Source: Armatimonadota bacterium
Lineage (GTDB): Bacteria; Sysuimicrobiota; Sysuimicrobiia; Sysuimicrobiales; Humicultoraceae
Length of the DNA: 27,266 nucleotides
Reading direction: 5' to 3'
Assembly (NCBI GenBank): GCA_037443365.1
Contig: JBBIOM010000005.1
Location: forward strand, 73,545 to 100,810
Shown here piece by piece: positions 1-7,614 of this stretch (within the stretch, counting starts at the first letter, position 1; each line of letters opens with the position of its first letter). Both the position numbers and the translations under genes were made by a program. The notes below the pieces were generated by a model, which worked only from the letters and a program-made list of their open reading frames with translations, did no database searches and was not told the DNA's origin.

Positions 1-293
1 TCGCCTCGGCGCTCGCGTCGAGCGCGACGCGCGCATCGGGGGCGGTGCAAAGAGCCCCAAGCCCGCTCGACCTGGCGTTGACCGGCGGCGAGGATTACGA
101 GCTGCTCTTCGCGGTGGCGCCGCACGACGCCGAGGGTGTGCTCCGTCGCCTGGCCGAGGAGACCGGCACGCCCGCCACGCTGATCGGCGAGTTCACCGAG
201 CACTCCGCCGGCCGCGCCGTTATCGAGGAAGACGGCCAGGCGGTGCCGCTTGATCCCGGCGGCTGGACACACTTCGGGAGGGGCAACGCATGA
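1..293 (+). CDS. thiL: Thiamine-monophosphate kinase, C-terminal part (runs off the left edge)
   Basis: ALTGGEDYELLF and terminal GWTHF motifs typical of ThiL. The frame stays open to the window edge, and its stop overlaps the thiD start (ATGA). Confidence 0.88.
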   Translation, partial: ASALASSATRASGAVQRAPSPLDLALTGGEDYELLFAVAPHDAEGVLRRLAEETGTPATLIGEFTEHSAGRAVIEEDGQAVPLDPGGWTHFGRGNA

Positions 294-1087
294 CCATCCC
301 TCGCGCCATGACCATCGCAGGTTCCGACTCGGGCGGCGGCGCGGGCATCCAGGCCGACCTCAAGACCTTCACCTCGCTGGGAGTCTTCGGGACGTCGGCG
401 ATCACCGCGCTGACCGCGCAGAACACGACCGGTGTCACCGCGGTCGTCGAGCTGGCGCCGGAGTTCGTGGTCGCGCAGATAGATGCGATCATGAGCGACA
501 TAGGTACCGATGCCGCCAAGACGGGTATGCTGTCCAGCGCTCCCATTATCGAGGCGGTGGCGGAGGCGGTGCGCCGATGGGATCTCACCCGCCTTGTGGT
601 GGACCCTGTCATGATCGCAAAGAGCGGCGCTCCCCTGCTGCGGCCCGAAGCGACCGACGCCCTGCGCCGGCTGCTGCTTCCGCTGGCGCTCGTGGTGACG
701 CCCAACCTGCACGAGGCGGGCGTGCTGGCCGGCGGTCCTGTCCGGGCCCTCGCAGAGATGGAGGAGGCGGCCCGCACGATCGGCGCTATGGGACCGCGGT
801 ACGTCGTCGTGAAGGGCGGGCACCTGGAGGACAGCGAGCAATCGGTGGACCTGCTCTTCGACGGCGCCGGGTTCCGCCTGTTCGCGGCGCCGAGGGCGGC
901 GACGCGCCACACCCACGGCACCGGGTGCGTGTTCTCCGCGGCCATCGCCGCGGGCCTGGCGAGAGGATTGGCCGTGCCCGACGCGGTGGCCCGGGCCAAG
1001 GAGCTAATCACCGCGGCGATCTCGGCCGGCCTGCCGATCGGAAAGGGACACGGTCCGGCCGATCCAGCCGCGGTGCTGCGCCGGTGA
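290..1087 (+). CDS. thiD: Hydroxymethylpyrimidine/phosphomethylpyrimidine kinase
   Basis: TIAGSDSGGGAGIQADLKT, TAQNT, VVDPVM, TPNLHEA, KGGHL and THGTGC motifs; adjacent to thiL. Confidence 0.95.
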   Translation: MTIPRAMTIAGSDSGGGAGIQADLKTFTSLGVFGTSAITALTAQNTTGVTAVVELAPEFVVAQIDAIMSDIGTDAAKTGMLSSAPIIEAVAEAVRRWDLTRLVVDPVMIAKSGAPLLRPEATDALRRLLLPLALVVTPNLHEAGVLAGGPVRALAEMEEAARTIGAMGPRYVVVKGGHLEDSEQSVDLLFDGAGFRLFAAPRAATRHTHGTGCVFSAAIAAGLARGLAVPDAVARAKELITAAISAGLPIGKGHGPADPAAVLRR

Positions 1088-1189
1088 TCCCGGGCACGGG
1101 GCACCGCTTCCCGTGCAACATGATCTCAGCCCGGGCCTCAATCCGAACGAGTCCCTCAACCAGGCTGTCAAGACCAACTGCGCGCCCGA

Positions 1190-1783
1190 TTACTCCGCGA
1201 GTCGCGCGTGGGCGCTGTCTGCCACCTTGTCGAGTGCCTGGCCCTTCTGCCAGGGCGTGCCCAGCATCGGGAGCAGGTAGTAGTCCAGCCCGTAGTACCC
1301 TGCCACCTTCCAGGCCAGAATCACGAGAATCGTCAGCGGGAACATCACAGGGCTTACACTCACGGTTCCGGCCATGAGGAAGTTCCAGTTCATGAACGCG
1401 GCGAAGAACGCGGCAATGCCGGTGAATGCGCCCAGGACTAGCGCCACCCCGACCAGCAGCTCGCCGTAGGCAATGAGCTTGCCGAACCAGGCGTAGCTTC
1501 CGGTGTCCAGCAGGTACTGAATGAACCCACGATACCAGTCAAACGTGATGGGAGGCCGCCCCTGCTGCGGGATCGCCACGGCGCGCTCCCAGAACCCCTT
1601 GACGGCAATCCCGGTCTGGACCCAGTCGGCGCTACCGACTTTGCGCAGCGCCGACGTCAGCCAGACGTATCCCAGCCAGCCCCGGATGATCAGCCACACC
1701 CAGGCGATCGACGTGCTTCCGAACAGCAGATCCGCCAGCCGCGGATCCCTGATGGTCGTGTGGCGCTGCTTGAAGGACGCCAT
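1190..1783 (-). CDS. DoxX/DoxD-family membrane protein (thiosulfate:quinone oxidoreductase small-subunit-like)
   Basis: WLIIRGWLGYVWL, WYRGFI, GELLVGVALVLG, FMNWNFLMAGT and AGYYGLD motifs with several hydrophobic helices. Start set at ATG 1783, which has GGAGAGGTGA upstream on the minus strand. Confidence 0.85.
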   Translation of the reverse strand: MASFKQRHTTIRDPRLADLLFGSTSIAWVWLIIRGWLGYVWLTSALRKVGSADWVQTGIAVKGFWERAVAIPQQGRPPITFDWYRGFIQYLLDTGSYAWFGKLIAYGELLVGVALVLGAFTGIAAFFAAFMNWNFLMAGTVSVSPVMFPLTILVILAWKVAGYYGLDYYLLPMLGTPWQKGQALDKVADSAHARLAE

Positions 1784-2085
1784 GATCTTCACCTCTCCGT
1801 TCGCGACGTGTAGGCTCGCAAGGTGCGGACTCATCCGGCGATGCGCCTGCGGCCGACGCCTAACGCAACGCTACTGTGTGAATAGGCATTCCCGGTGTTT
1901 CGCAATGCGGCGCTCCGTCGGCTCGAGCGCCGGTCGCGCGCGACGCGGAGAACAGCAGCATCGTCGCGGCGGGCTTGCCGATGGGGAATGGCCAAGGACC
2001 TTCGGATCCCGCGGCGGTGCAGGCGATTGTGCTCGACCCGCGAAACCGAGAAGGAGTCTGGGAAGCCAGGGACGGGGCAGACACC

Positions 2086-2664
2086 ATGAAGCCGAAACCG
2101 CACTTGACGCACGCCGTGCACGAGTTGATCCATAAGCGCTGGAGCCCCCGCGCGTTCTCTGGGCGGCCGGTCGAGCAAGAGAAGATACTGTCGCTCTTCG
2201 AGGCGGCGCGCTGGGCCGCCTCGTCCGGTAATGAACAGCCGTGGCGCTTCATCTGGGCCACCAAGGAGCAGCCCGAGCGCTACGGCCGGTTGTTCGAGTG
2301 CCTGAGCGAGCGCAACCGGGTGTGGGCAGGTGGCGCGCCGCTGTTGATCATGACGCTGGTTGCGACGCTGCTCCGGCGCAACAACAAGCCGAACCGATGG
2401 GCCTTCCACGATCTGGGGCTGGCTGTCGGCAACCTCACGACGCAGGCGTCATCGCTCGATCTCTACGTCCACAGCATGGGCGGGTTCTCGGTTGAGAAGG
2501 CGCGGCGGCTGTTCAATGTCCCCCCTGATTTCGAGCCGGTCACCATGATCGCGGTCGGCTACCTGGGCGACGCGGAGCAACTGCCGGAGGAACTCAGGGA
2601 GCGCGAAACGGCCCAACAGCAGCGGAAGACGCTCGACGAGCTGATGATGGAGGATCCTGGCTAG
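2086..2664 (+). CDS. Nitroreductase-family flavoprotein
   Basis: IHKRWSPRAF, EAARWAASSGNEQPWRF, HDLG, HSMGGF and IAVGY motifs. Start placed at ATG 2086; the 1975 TTG extension does not look like nitroreductase. Confidence 0.9.
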   Translation: MKPKPHLTHAVHELIHKRWSPRAFSGRPVEQEKILSLFEAARWAASSGNEQPWRFIWATKEQPERYGRLFECLSERNRVWAGGAPLLIMTLVATLLRRNNKPNRWAFHDLGLAVGNLTTQASSLDLYVHSMGGFSVEKARRLFNVPPDFEPVTMIAVGYLGDAEQLPEELRERETAQQQRKTLDELMMEDPG

Positions 2665-3560
2665 ACGCGGGCAGCAAGGCTCCGGGGCCAGAGCCCCGCA
2701 ATGGTCCAGCCCTCGCTGTTGCCGACATGCGCGGGCGCGAGCCCGCATCGGGCTGCGGCGCGCGCCACAGCCCGGGTTGTCATCCTGGGGCTCCATCCGA
2801 ACATCGTCGCGACCTCATCATGAGAAGCGGCCCCGACGATCCTGATGTACCTCTCCAGCACCGCGGCGGCCGCGTCCTCGGATGCGATCCTACCCGCCGC
2901 CTCCACTGTTTCGGGGGACCACCGGTGGAAGGTGTCCCAGATGAAGGAGTACCCGCCCCGGCCCTCCACCTCGGCCGTCTTCGCGACCAGAAGGCGCTCC
3001 TGGAGATCGTCGAGGGCCCGGTGAAAGCGGGCACCGCTTTCGCCATGCGCGACGAACCGGCGGCGCAGCACCCAGGTGGAGACCGGGCCCTCTGCCGCGA
3101 TTGCCTCGTACAGGATCCTGGCCAGCAGGCCGAGCCGGCCCTCCCGATATGCCTGCAGGTGGTCATCGGGCTCGCCTGTGTTGCCCGAGAGGGCGTAGAA
3201 CGCCGGCAGCAGCGCCATGGCGATGTACGAGGGTTTCCGACGAATGGCCTTGCCGTAGTAGGCCCTCTTGCCGGTGGCAAGCTCGTCCTTCCAGCGCCAG
3301 GCCCAGGACCACATGCGGTCGGTGCTGCGCGTGGCCAGAACGTCGAACAGCCCGGGCAGGCCTCCCGGCCCGCCGGTGAAGGCGAAGCAGAAGCCCAGCG
3401 TGTTGATGAAGCGCAGCGCACCCCGACGATCGCGCACGCGATGGCGGCGCAGGACTGCGCGCCGGTGGCGCGCGATGGCAGCGGGGGTGAGGACGAGCAT
3501 CTCCTGCGGGATACGCTGTCTTGCCTGCCGGCTCCTGGTGTGCAGGGGAGCGCGCGCCAT
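2661..3560 (-). CDS. AlkZ/YcaQ-related winged-helix DNA-binding protein (putative DNA glycosylase-like)
   Basis: FINTLGFC, WRWKDEL...YYGK..RRKPSYI, EGPVST..LRR, ALDDLQERLLV and MFGW resemble AlkZ-related proteins as I recall them. Start uncertain (3560 or 3500); 3560 has a TACCTT -10-like hexamer 6 nt upstream. Confidence 0.6.
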   Translation of the reverse strand: MARAPLHTRSRQARQRIPQEMLVLTPAAIARHRRAVLRRHRVRDRRGALRFINTLGFCFAFTGGPGGLPGLFDVLATRSTDRMWSWAWRWKDELATGKRAYYGKAIRRKPSYIAMALLPAFYALSGNTGEPDDHLQAYREGRLGLLARILYEAIAAEGPVSTWVLRRRFVAHGESGARFHRALDDLQERLLVAKTAEVEGRGGYSFIWDTFHRWSPETVEAAGRIASEDAAAAVLERYIRIVGAASHDEVATMFGWSPRMTTRAVARAAARCGLAPAHVGNSEGWTIAGLWPRSLAARV

Positions 3561-3566
3561 CGGGCG

Positions 3567-3572
3567 AAGGTA
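3567..3572 (-). promoter_or_regulatory. Putative -10 element (TACCTT) of a leaderless transcript
   Basis: TANNNT hexamer 6 nt upstream of ATG 3560, with no Shine-Dalgarno sequence. Confidence 0.35.
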
Positions 3573-3627
3573 GGACGGCCCCGCGCCCACGGTTCGCCCC
3601 GGGCCACCGATAGCGAGGAGCCGCAGG

Positions 3628-4926
3628 ATGCAGGAAGTGCTGGAAACGACGCTGCCCAACGGGCTGCAGGTGCTCACCTTGGAGTCGCGCGCGGCCGCGG
3701 TGGCCACGTTTTGGGTCTGGTATCGGGTGGGCAGCCGCAACGAGCCTGCGGGCCGCACCGGCATCTCGCACTGGGTTGAGCACATGCTCTTCAAGGGAAC
3801 GCCGACGCACCCATCGGGCACGCTGACGCGGCTCATCGACCGCCTGGGAGGGCGCTGGAACGCCTTCACCTGGAAGGACTACACCGCGTACTTCGAGGTG
3901 TTGCCCGCCGAGCACATCGAGGTTGCCGTGCGCCTGGAAGCCGATCGTATGCAGAACACGATCTTCGATCCCGAGGTCGTCGCCAGCGAGCGGACCGTGA
4001 TCATCTCGGAACGGGAAGGCGCCGAGAACTACCCGGCCTACTACCTGCGCGAGGAGGTCGAGGCGCTGGCGTTCAAGGTGCACCCGTACCGGCAGCCGGT
4101 CATCGGCTGGAAGGGCGATCTGCGCGCCATCACGCGGGACGATCTCCTCCGTCACTACCGCACCTACTATCACCCGTCGAACGCCATCGTTGTGGCGGTC
4201 GGGGACTTCGACTCCGCGGGCATGGCCGCGCTGATTAGTGACGCCTTCGGTCCGATCCAGGCAGGCGGCACGGTCCCGGACGTGCGCGTCGAGGAGCCTG
4301 AGCAGGAGGGCGAGCGCCGCGTGGTCCTGCGGCGCCCGGGAGGGGCCACGGCCCTGCTGCAGATGGCATTCCACGCTCCCGGCGCAGGGCACCCCGACCT
4401 GCCCGCGCTGCTGGTCCTGGACGGCGTACTCTCGGGCTTCAAGGGCGTGGTTACCTTTGATGGAGCCGCCGGAGGCCGCAGCAGCCGGCTCTACCGCGCC
4501 CTGGTAGACCGCGGCCTGGCCACGGAGGTCGGATCAGGGCTCACGCTGAGCCGGGATCCAACGCTCCTGCGCATAAGCGCCACGGCGCAGAGCGGGATTG
4601 GAGCAGACGCGCTTGAAGCGGCGGTGGACCGGGAGATCGCGCGCCTGCACGACGAGCCTCCTGATAACGACGAGCTTGCCAGGGTCAAGAAGCAGGCGCA
4701 GGCCCAGTTCGTGTATCTTCGCGATGGCGTTTCACGCCGTGCCATGGCGCTGGGCGCGTCTGCGGCGGTGGGTTGGCCAGCCGCTCTTGGCGTCTTGCCT
4801 GAGGCGGTGGCGCGGGTTGCATCCGACGACGTTCTCCGGGTCGCGCGCGCCTGTCTGGCCGACCGCCGGCGCACCGTGGGATGGTACCTGCCCGAGGACG
4901 CCCGGGCGCGCGAGGCTGTGGCGTGA
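3628..4926 (+). CDS. M16 (pitrilysin/insulinase) family zinc peptidase, catalytic subunit
   Basis: LPNGL start, VGSRNE, inverted zinc motif HWVEH (3769-3783), NAFT, ERTVIISE and HPY; AGGAG RBS upstream. Confidence 0.93.
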   Translation: MQEVLETTLPNGLQVLTLESRAAAVATFWVWYRVGSRNEPAGRTGISHWVEHMLFKGTPTHPSGTLTRLIDRLGGRWNAFTWKDYTAYFEVLPAEHIEVAVRLEADRMQNTIFDPEVVASERTVIISEREGAENYPAYYLREEVEALAFKVHPYRQPVIGWKGDLRAITRDDLLRHYRTYYHPSNAIVVAVGDFDSAGMAALISDAFGPIQAGGTVPDVRVEEPEQEGERRVVLRRPGGATALLQMAFHAPGAGHPDLPALLVLDGVLSGFKGVVTFDGAAGGRSSRLYRALVDRGLATEVGSGLTLSRDPTLLRISATAQSGIGADALEAAVDREIARLHDEPPDNDELARVKKQAQAQFVYLRDGVSRRAMALGASAAVGWPAALGVLPEAVARVASDDVLRVARACLADRRRTVGWYLPEDARAREAVA

Positions 4927-6191
4927 CCGCGCCCATCACTGCGCGGCAGGTGGTCCGGTCAGTGCTGCCCAACGGCCTGGTCTGCTTGGCCATGCCTTCC
5001 CCCGAACCGGACACCGTGGCGATCCACGCGCACGTGAAGGCCGGCGCCTTCCTCGACGGCGAGCGCCCGGGGCTCGCGAAGCTCGTTGGCTCAACGTTGA
5101 TGCGCGGGACCGCCCGGCGCAGCGGGCCGCGGCTTGCCGAGGATCTCGACGCGCTCGGAGCAGGCCTGGCGGTTACTCCTGGCATCGAGACGGTGGTCGT
5201 CTCGGGTAGGGCCCTGGCCGGCGATGCCCCCGCGCTCCTTGACGCCGTCGCCGAGGTCCTGTGCGAACCCGCCTTCGCTCCCGATGAGGTCGAGCGGGTG
5301 CGAGGGGAACTGGTCACCTCGGCGAGGGTGAACGCCCTGGATACGCGGCACGCCTCCGAGCGCCTCTTTCGCCGCACAGCCTACCCTGCAGGGCACCCCC
5401 ACGCCCACGATCCCGACGGTGACGAGGCGGTTCTGGCGTCACTGCAGCCCGACGATCTCCGCGCCTTTCACGCGGAGCACCTGCGCCCGGAGGCCACAGC
5501 CGTCGCGGTGGTCGGCAACCTGGACGCGGCGCGCGCGATCGATCTCGCGGCCGCCTCGTTCGGGCGATGGCCAGGGCGCGGACGGTGGACCCTGCCTCGT
5601 GCTCCGGCGCCACCTGCCTTGGATCGAATCCGGCGCGCGGAGATCGTGTTGCCGGGCAAGAGCCAGGCCGACCTCGTGCTGGGAACGCACGGGATCGCGC
5701 GCACCGATCCCGACTACTATGCCGTGATGATGGCCAACCTGCTGCTGGGTCAGCTGGGCATGATGGGGCGTATCGGTGAGAGCGTGCGCGAGCGGCAGGG
5801 GATGGCCTACTACGCCTACAGCGATCTGCGCGCCGGCCTGCTGGCAGGGCCCTGGTGGGTGCGGGCAGGCGTGCACCCATCCAACCTGGAGCGCGCAATC
5901 GAGGCGATAACGCGCGAGATCGTGTGCCTTCAGCGCGACGGCCCGGGCGACGAAGAGCTTTCCGATGCCAGGACGTACCTTGTTGGCTCCCTGGCCGTCC
6001 GCCTCGAGACAAGCGGGGGAATCGCTCAGACGCTGGCGGATGTCGAACTGTTCGATCTAGGCCTGGACTACCTCGAGCGGTATCCTCAGATCATACGGGG
6101 CGTCAGCCGGGAGAGCATCGTGGAGGCGATCCGGCGTTTCCCCGCAGAGGGTTACGCGCTGGCGATCGCCGAACCGCAGCGAGAGGGGTGA
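4923..6191 (+). CDS. M16 family peptidase, non-catalytic partner subunit
   Basis: LPNGL start and M16 fold motifs, but no HXXEH. Carries the R/Y pair (VRERQGMAY, about 5787-5810). GTG start overlaps the upstream stop (GTGA). Confidence 0.9.
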   Translation: MTAPITARQVVRSVLPNGLVCLAMPSPEPDTVAIHAHVKAGAFLDGERPGLAKLVGSTLMRGTARRSGPRLAEDLDALGAGLAVTPGIETVVVSGRALAGDAPALLDAVAEVLCEPAFAPDEVERVRGELVTSARVNALDTRHASERLFRRTAYPAGHPHAHDPDGDEAVLASLQPDDLRAFHAEHLRPEATAVAVVGNLDAARAIDLAAASFGRWPGRGRWTLPRAPAPPALDRIRRAEIVLPGKSQADLVLGTHGIARTDPDYYAVMMANLLLGQLGMMGRIGESVRERQGMAYYAYSDLRAGLLAGPWWVRAGVHPSNLERAIEAITREIVCLQRDGPGDEELSDARTYLVGSLAVRLETSGGIAQTLADVELFDLGLDYLERYPQIIRGVSRESIVEAIRRFPAEGYALAIAEPQREG

Positions 6192-6850
6192 GCAGAACTT
6201 TGGGACCCGTAGCCATCCTGGGTGGTACAGGCGATCTCGGCCGCGGCCTTGCCGCGCGCCTGGGCGCGGCCGGAGTGGAGGTAGTCATCGGATCGCGGGA
6301 CGCCCTGCGCGCGGCCGAGGCGGCTGCGCGGCTCGGGCTTTCCCGTGTGCGCGGGGCGGCGAACGCCGACGCCGCAAGCGCCGCGGAGATCGTCGTGCTG
6401 GCGATTCCCCATGAGGGTCACGCGGCGTTCGTCGAGGGGCTCGCCAGCAGCCTGGCAGGCAAGATCGTCGTGGACGCCACGGTGCCGCTTGGCCCCGGTC
6501 TTGTCTTCTCACCACCTGCCGCGGGATCGGCCGCGCGCGAGACCCAGACCCTGGCGCCCGGCGCGCGCGTGGTGGCGGCGTTCCACACGCTGTCGGCGCG
6601 CCTGCTCGCGGACCTGGCCCGTCCGTTGGATCAGGATGTGCTGGTGTGCGGGGACGACCCCGACGCCCGGGCCAGGGTGCTCGACCTGGCCGGGACAATC
6701 GGTGCCCGAGGGGTGGACGCAGGAGGGCTCGCCGCCGCCGCTACGCTCGAGGGCCTGGCCGTGCTGCTCGTTGGGCTCAACGTGCGCTACCGGCGGCGCC
6801 ACCTGGGCGTCCGCATAGCGCACCTGCCGATTGACGCCCGACCGCGATGA
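6188..6850 (+). CDS. npdG: NADPH-dependent F420 reductase (F420H2:NADP+ oxidoreductase)
   Basis: ILGGTGDLGRGLA Rossmann motif, IGSRD, VVDATVPL, GSAA, VVAAFH and DVLVCGDD. GTG start overlaps the upstream stop; cofE is adjacent. Confidence 0.9.
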   Translation: MSRTLGPVAILGGTGDLGRGLAARLGAAGVEVVIGSRDALRAAEAAARLGLSRVRGAANADAASAAEIVVLAIPHEGHAAFVEGLASSLAGKIVVDATVPLGPGLVFSPPAAGSAARETQTLAPGARVVAAFHTLSARLLADLARPLDQDVLVCGDDPDARARVLDLAGTIGARGVDAGGLAAAATLEGLAVLLVGLNVRYRRRHLGVRIAHLPIDARPR

Positions 6851-7602
6851 AGACGCTGCTGGCCTGGGCGCCAGAACCGTTTCCCGAGATCCGTCCGGGC
6901 GACGATCTCGCGGGAGCGATCATCACGGTGCTGCGCGGGGCAGGCCTGGCCCTCCGGCGCGGGGACATCGTCGTCGTGGCCCACAAGGTCGTCTCTAAGG
7001 CCGAGGGCAGTGTCGTGGACCTGCGCAACGTGACACCAACCGCAGCCGCGCTGGCCCTGGCAGAGGAATCCGGCAAGGACCCGCGCATGGTCGAGGTCAT
7101 CCTGCGCGAGAGCAGGGGGATCCGCCGGGTCCGCCCAGGGCTGATCATCGCCGAGCACCGTCTGGGCTTCGTCTGCGCCAACGCGGGCGTGGACCACTCG
7201 AACGTGGGTATGGGAGATGACGTGGTGGCCGTCCTGCCTGCCGACCCTGATGCCTCGGCCGAAGGACTCCGCGCCCGACTCTGCGAGGCATTCGGCGCCG
7301 AGGTGGGCGTGCTCATAAACGACAGTCACGGGCGTCCGTTCAGGCAGGGGACCACCGGCGCCGCGATCGGCGCGGCAGGACTGCGGGTGCTCCGTTCGTA
7401 CATTGGAGAGGAAGACCGTTACGGCTACGTGCTGCGCGTGTCGGTCGAGGCCGTTGCCGACGAGGTCGCGGCGATGGCGAACCTCCTCCAGGGTCAGGCC
7501 GCGGAGGGCACGCCGGTGGTGCTCGTGCGCGGCCTACAGCACTCGGGGAGCGAGCGCGCGGCGGACCTCGTGCGCGGCGCGGCGGACGATCTCTTCAGGT
7601 AG
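6847..7602 (+). CDS. cofE: Coenzyme F420-0:L-glutamate ligase (stand-alone CofE, no nitroreductase domain)
   Basis: PEIRPGDDL, KVVSKAEG, CANAGVDHSN, DSHGRPFRQG, AVADEVA, PVVLVRG and C-terminal DLFR motifs. Confidence 0.93.
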   Translation: MKTLLAWAPEPFPEIRPGDDLAGAIITVLRGAGLALRRGDIVVVAHKVVSKAEGSVVDLRNVTPTAAALALAEESGKDPRMVEVILRESRGIRRVRPGLIIAEHRLGFVCANAGVDHSNVGMGDDVVAVLPADPDASAEGLRARLCEAFGAEVGVLINDSHGRPFRQGTTGAAIGAAGLRVLRSYIGEEDRYGYVLRVSVEAVADEVAAMANLLQGQAAEGTPVVLVRGLQHSGSERAADLVRGAADDLFR

Positions 7603-7614
7603 CGGGGTGCGGCG

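Noticed and set aside
1-290. TPP riboswitch for the thiamine genes
   Set aside because: The region is thiL coding sequence; any leader would lie outside the window.
1094-1116. Hairpin GCACGGG-N9-CCCGTGC between convergent thiD and DoxX as an intrinsic terminator
   Set aside because: Only a 7-8 bp stem with no U-tract on either strand; expected by chance at this GC content.
1875-1895. Rex- or CRP-like site (TGTGAATAGGCATTCCC)
   Set aside because: Only one good half-site, and the spacing fits neither TTGTGAA-N4-TTCACAA nor TGTGA-N6-TCACA.
2086-2664. Nitroreductase as the stand-alone dehydro-F420 reductase (FbiE-like) partner of CofE
   Set aside because: Its RWSPRAF-type sequence looks like a widespread generic nitroreductase subgroup, and it is in a separate transcription unit. 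Not excluded without a phylogeny, but unsupported.
3561-3869. 402-aa version of the minus-strand ORF starting at 3869
   Set aside because: The extension overlaps the M16 catalytic gene in antisense; the start is more plausibly 3560 or 3500.
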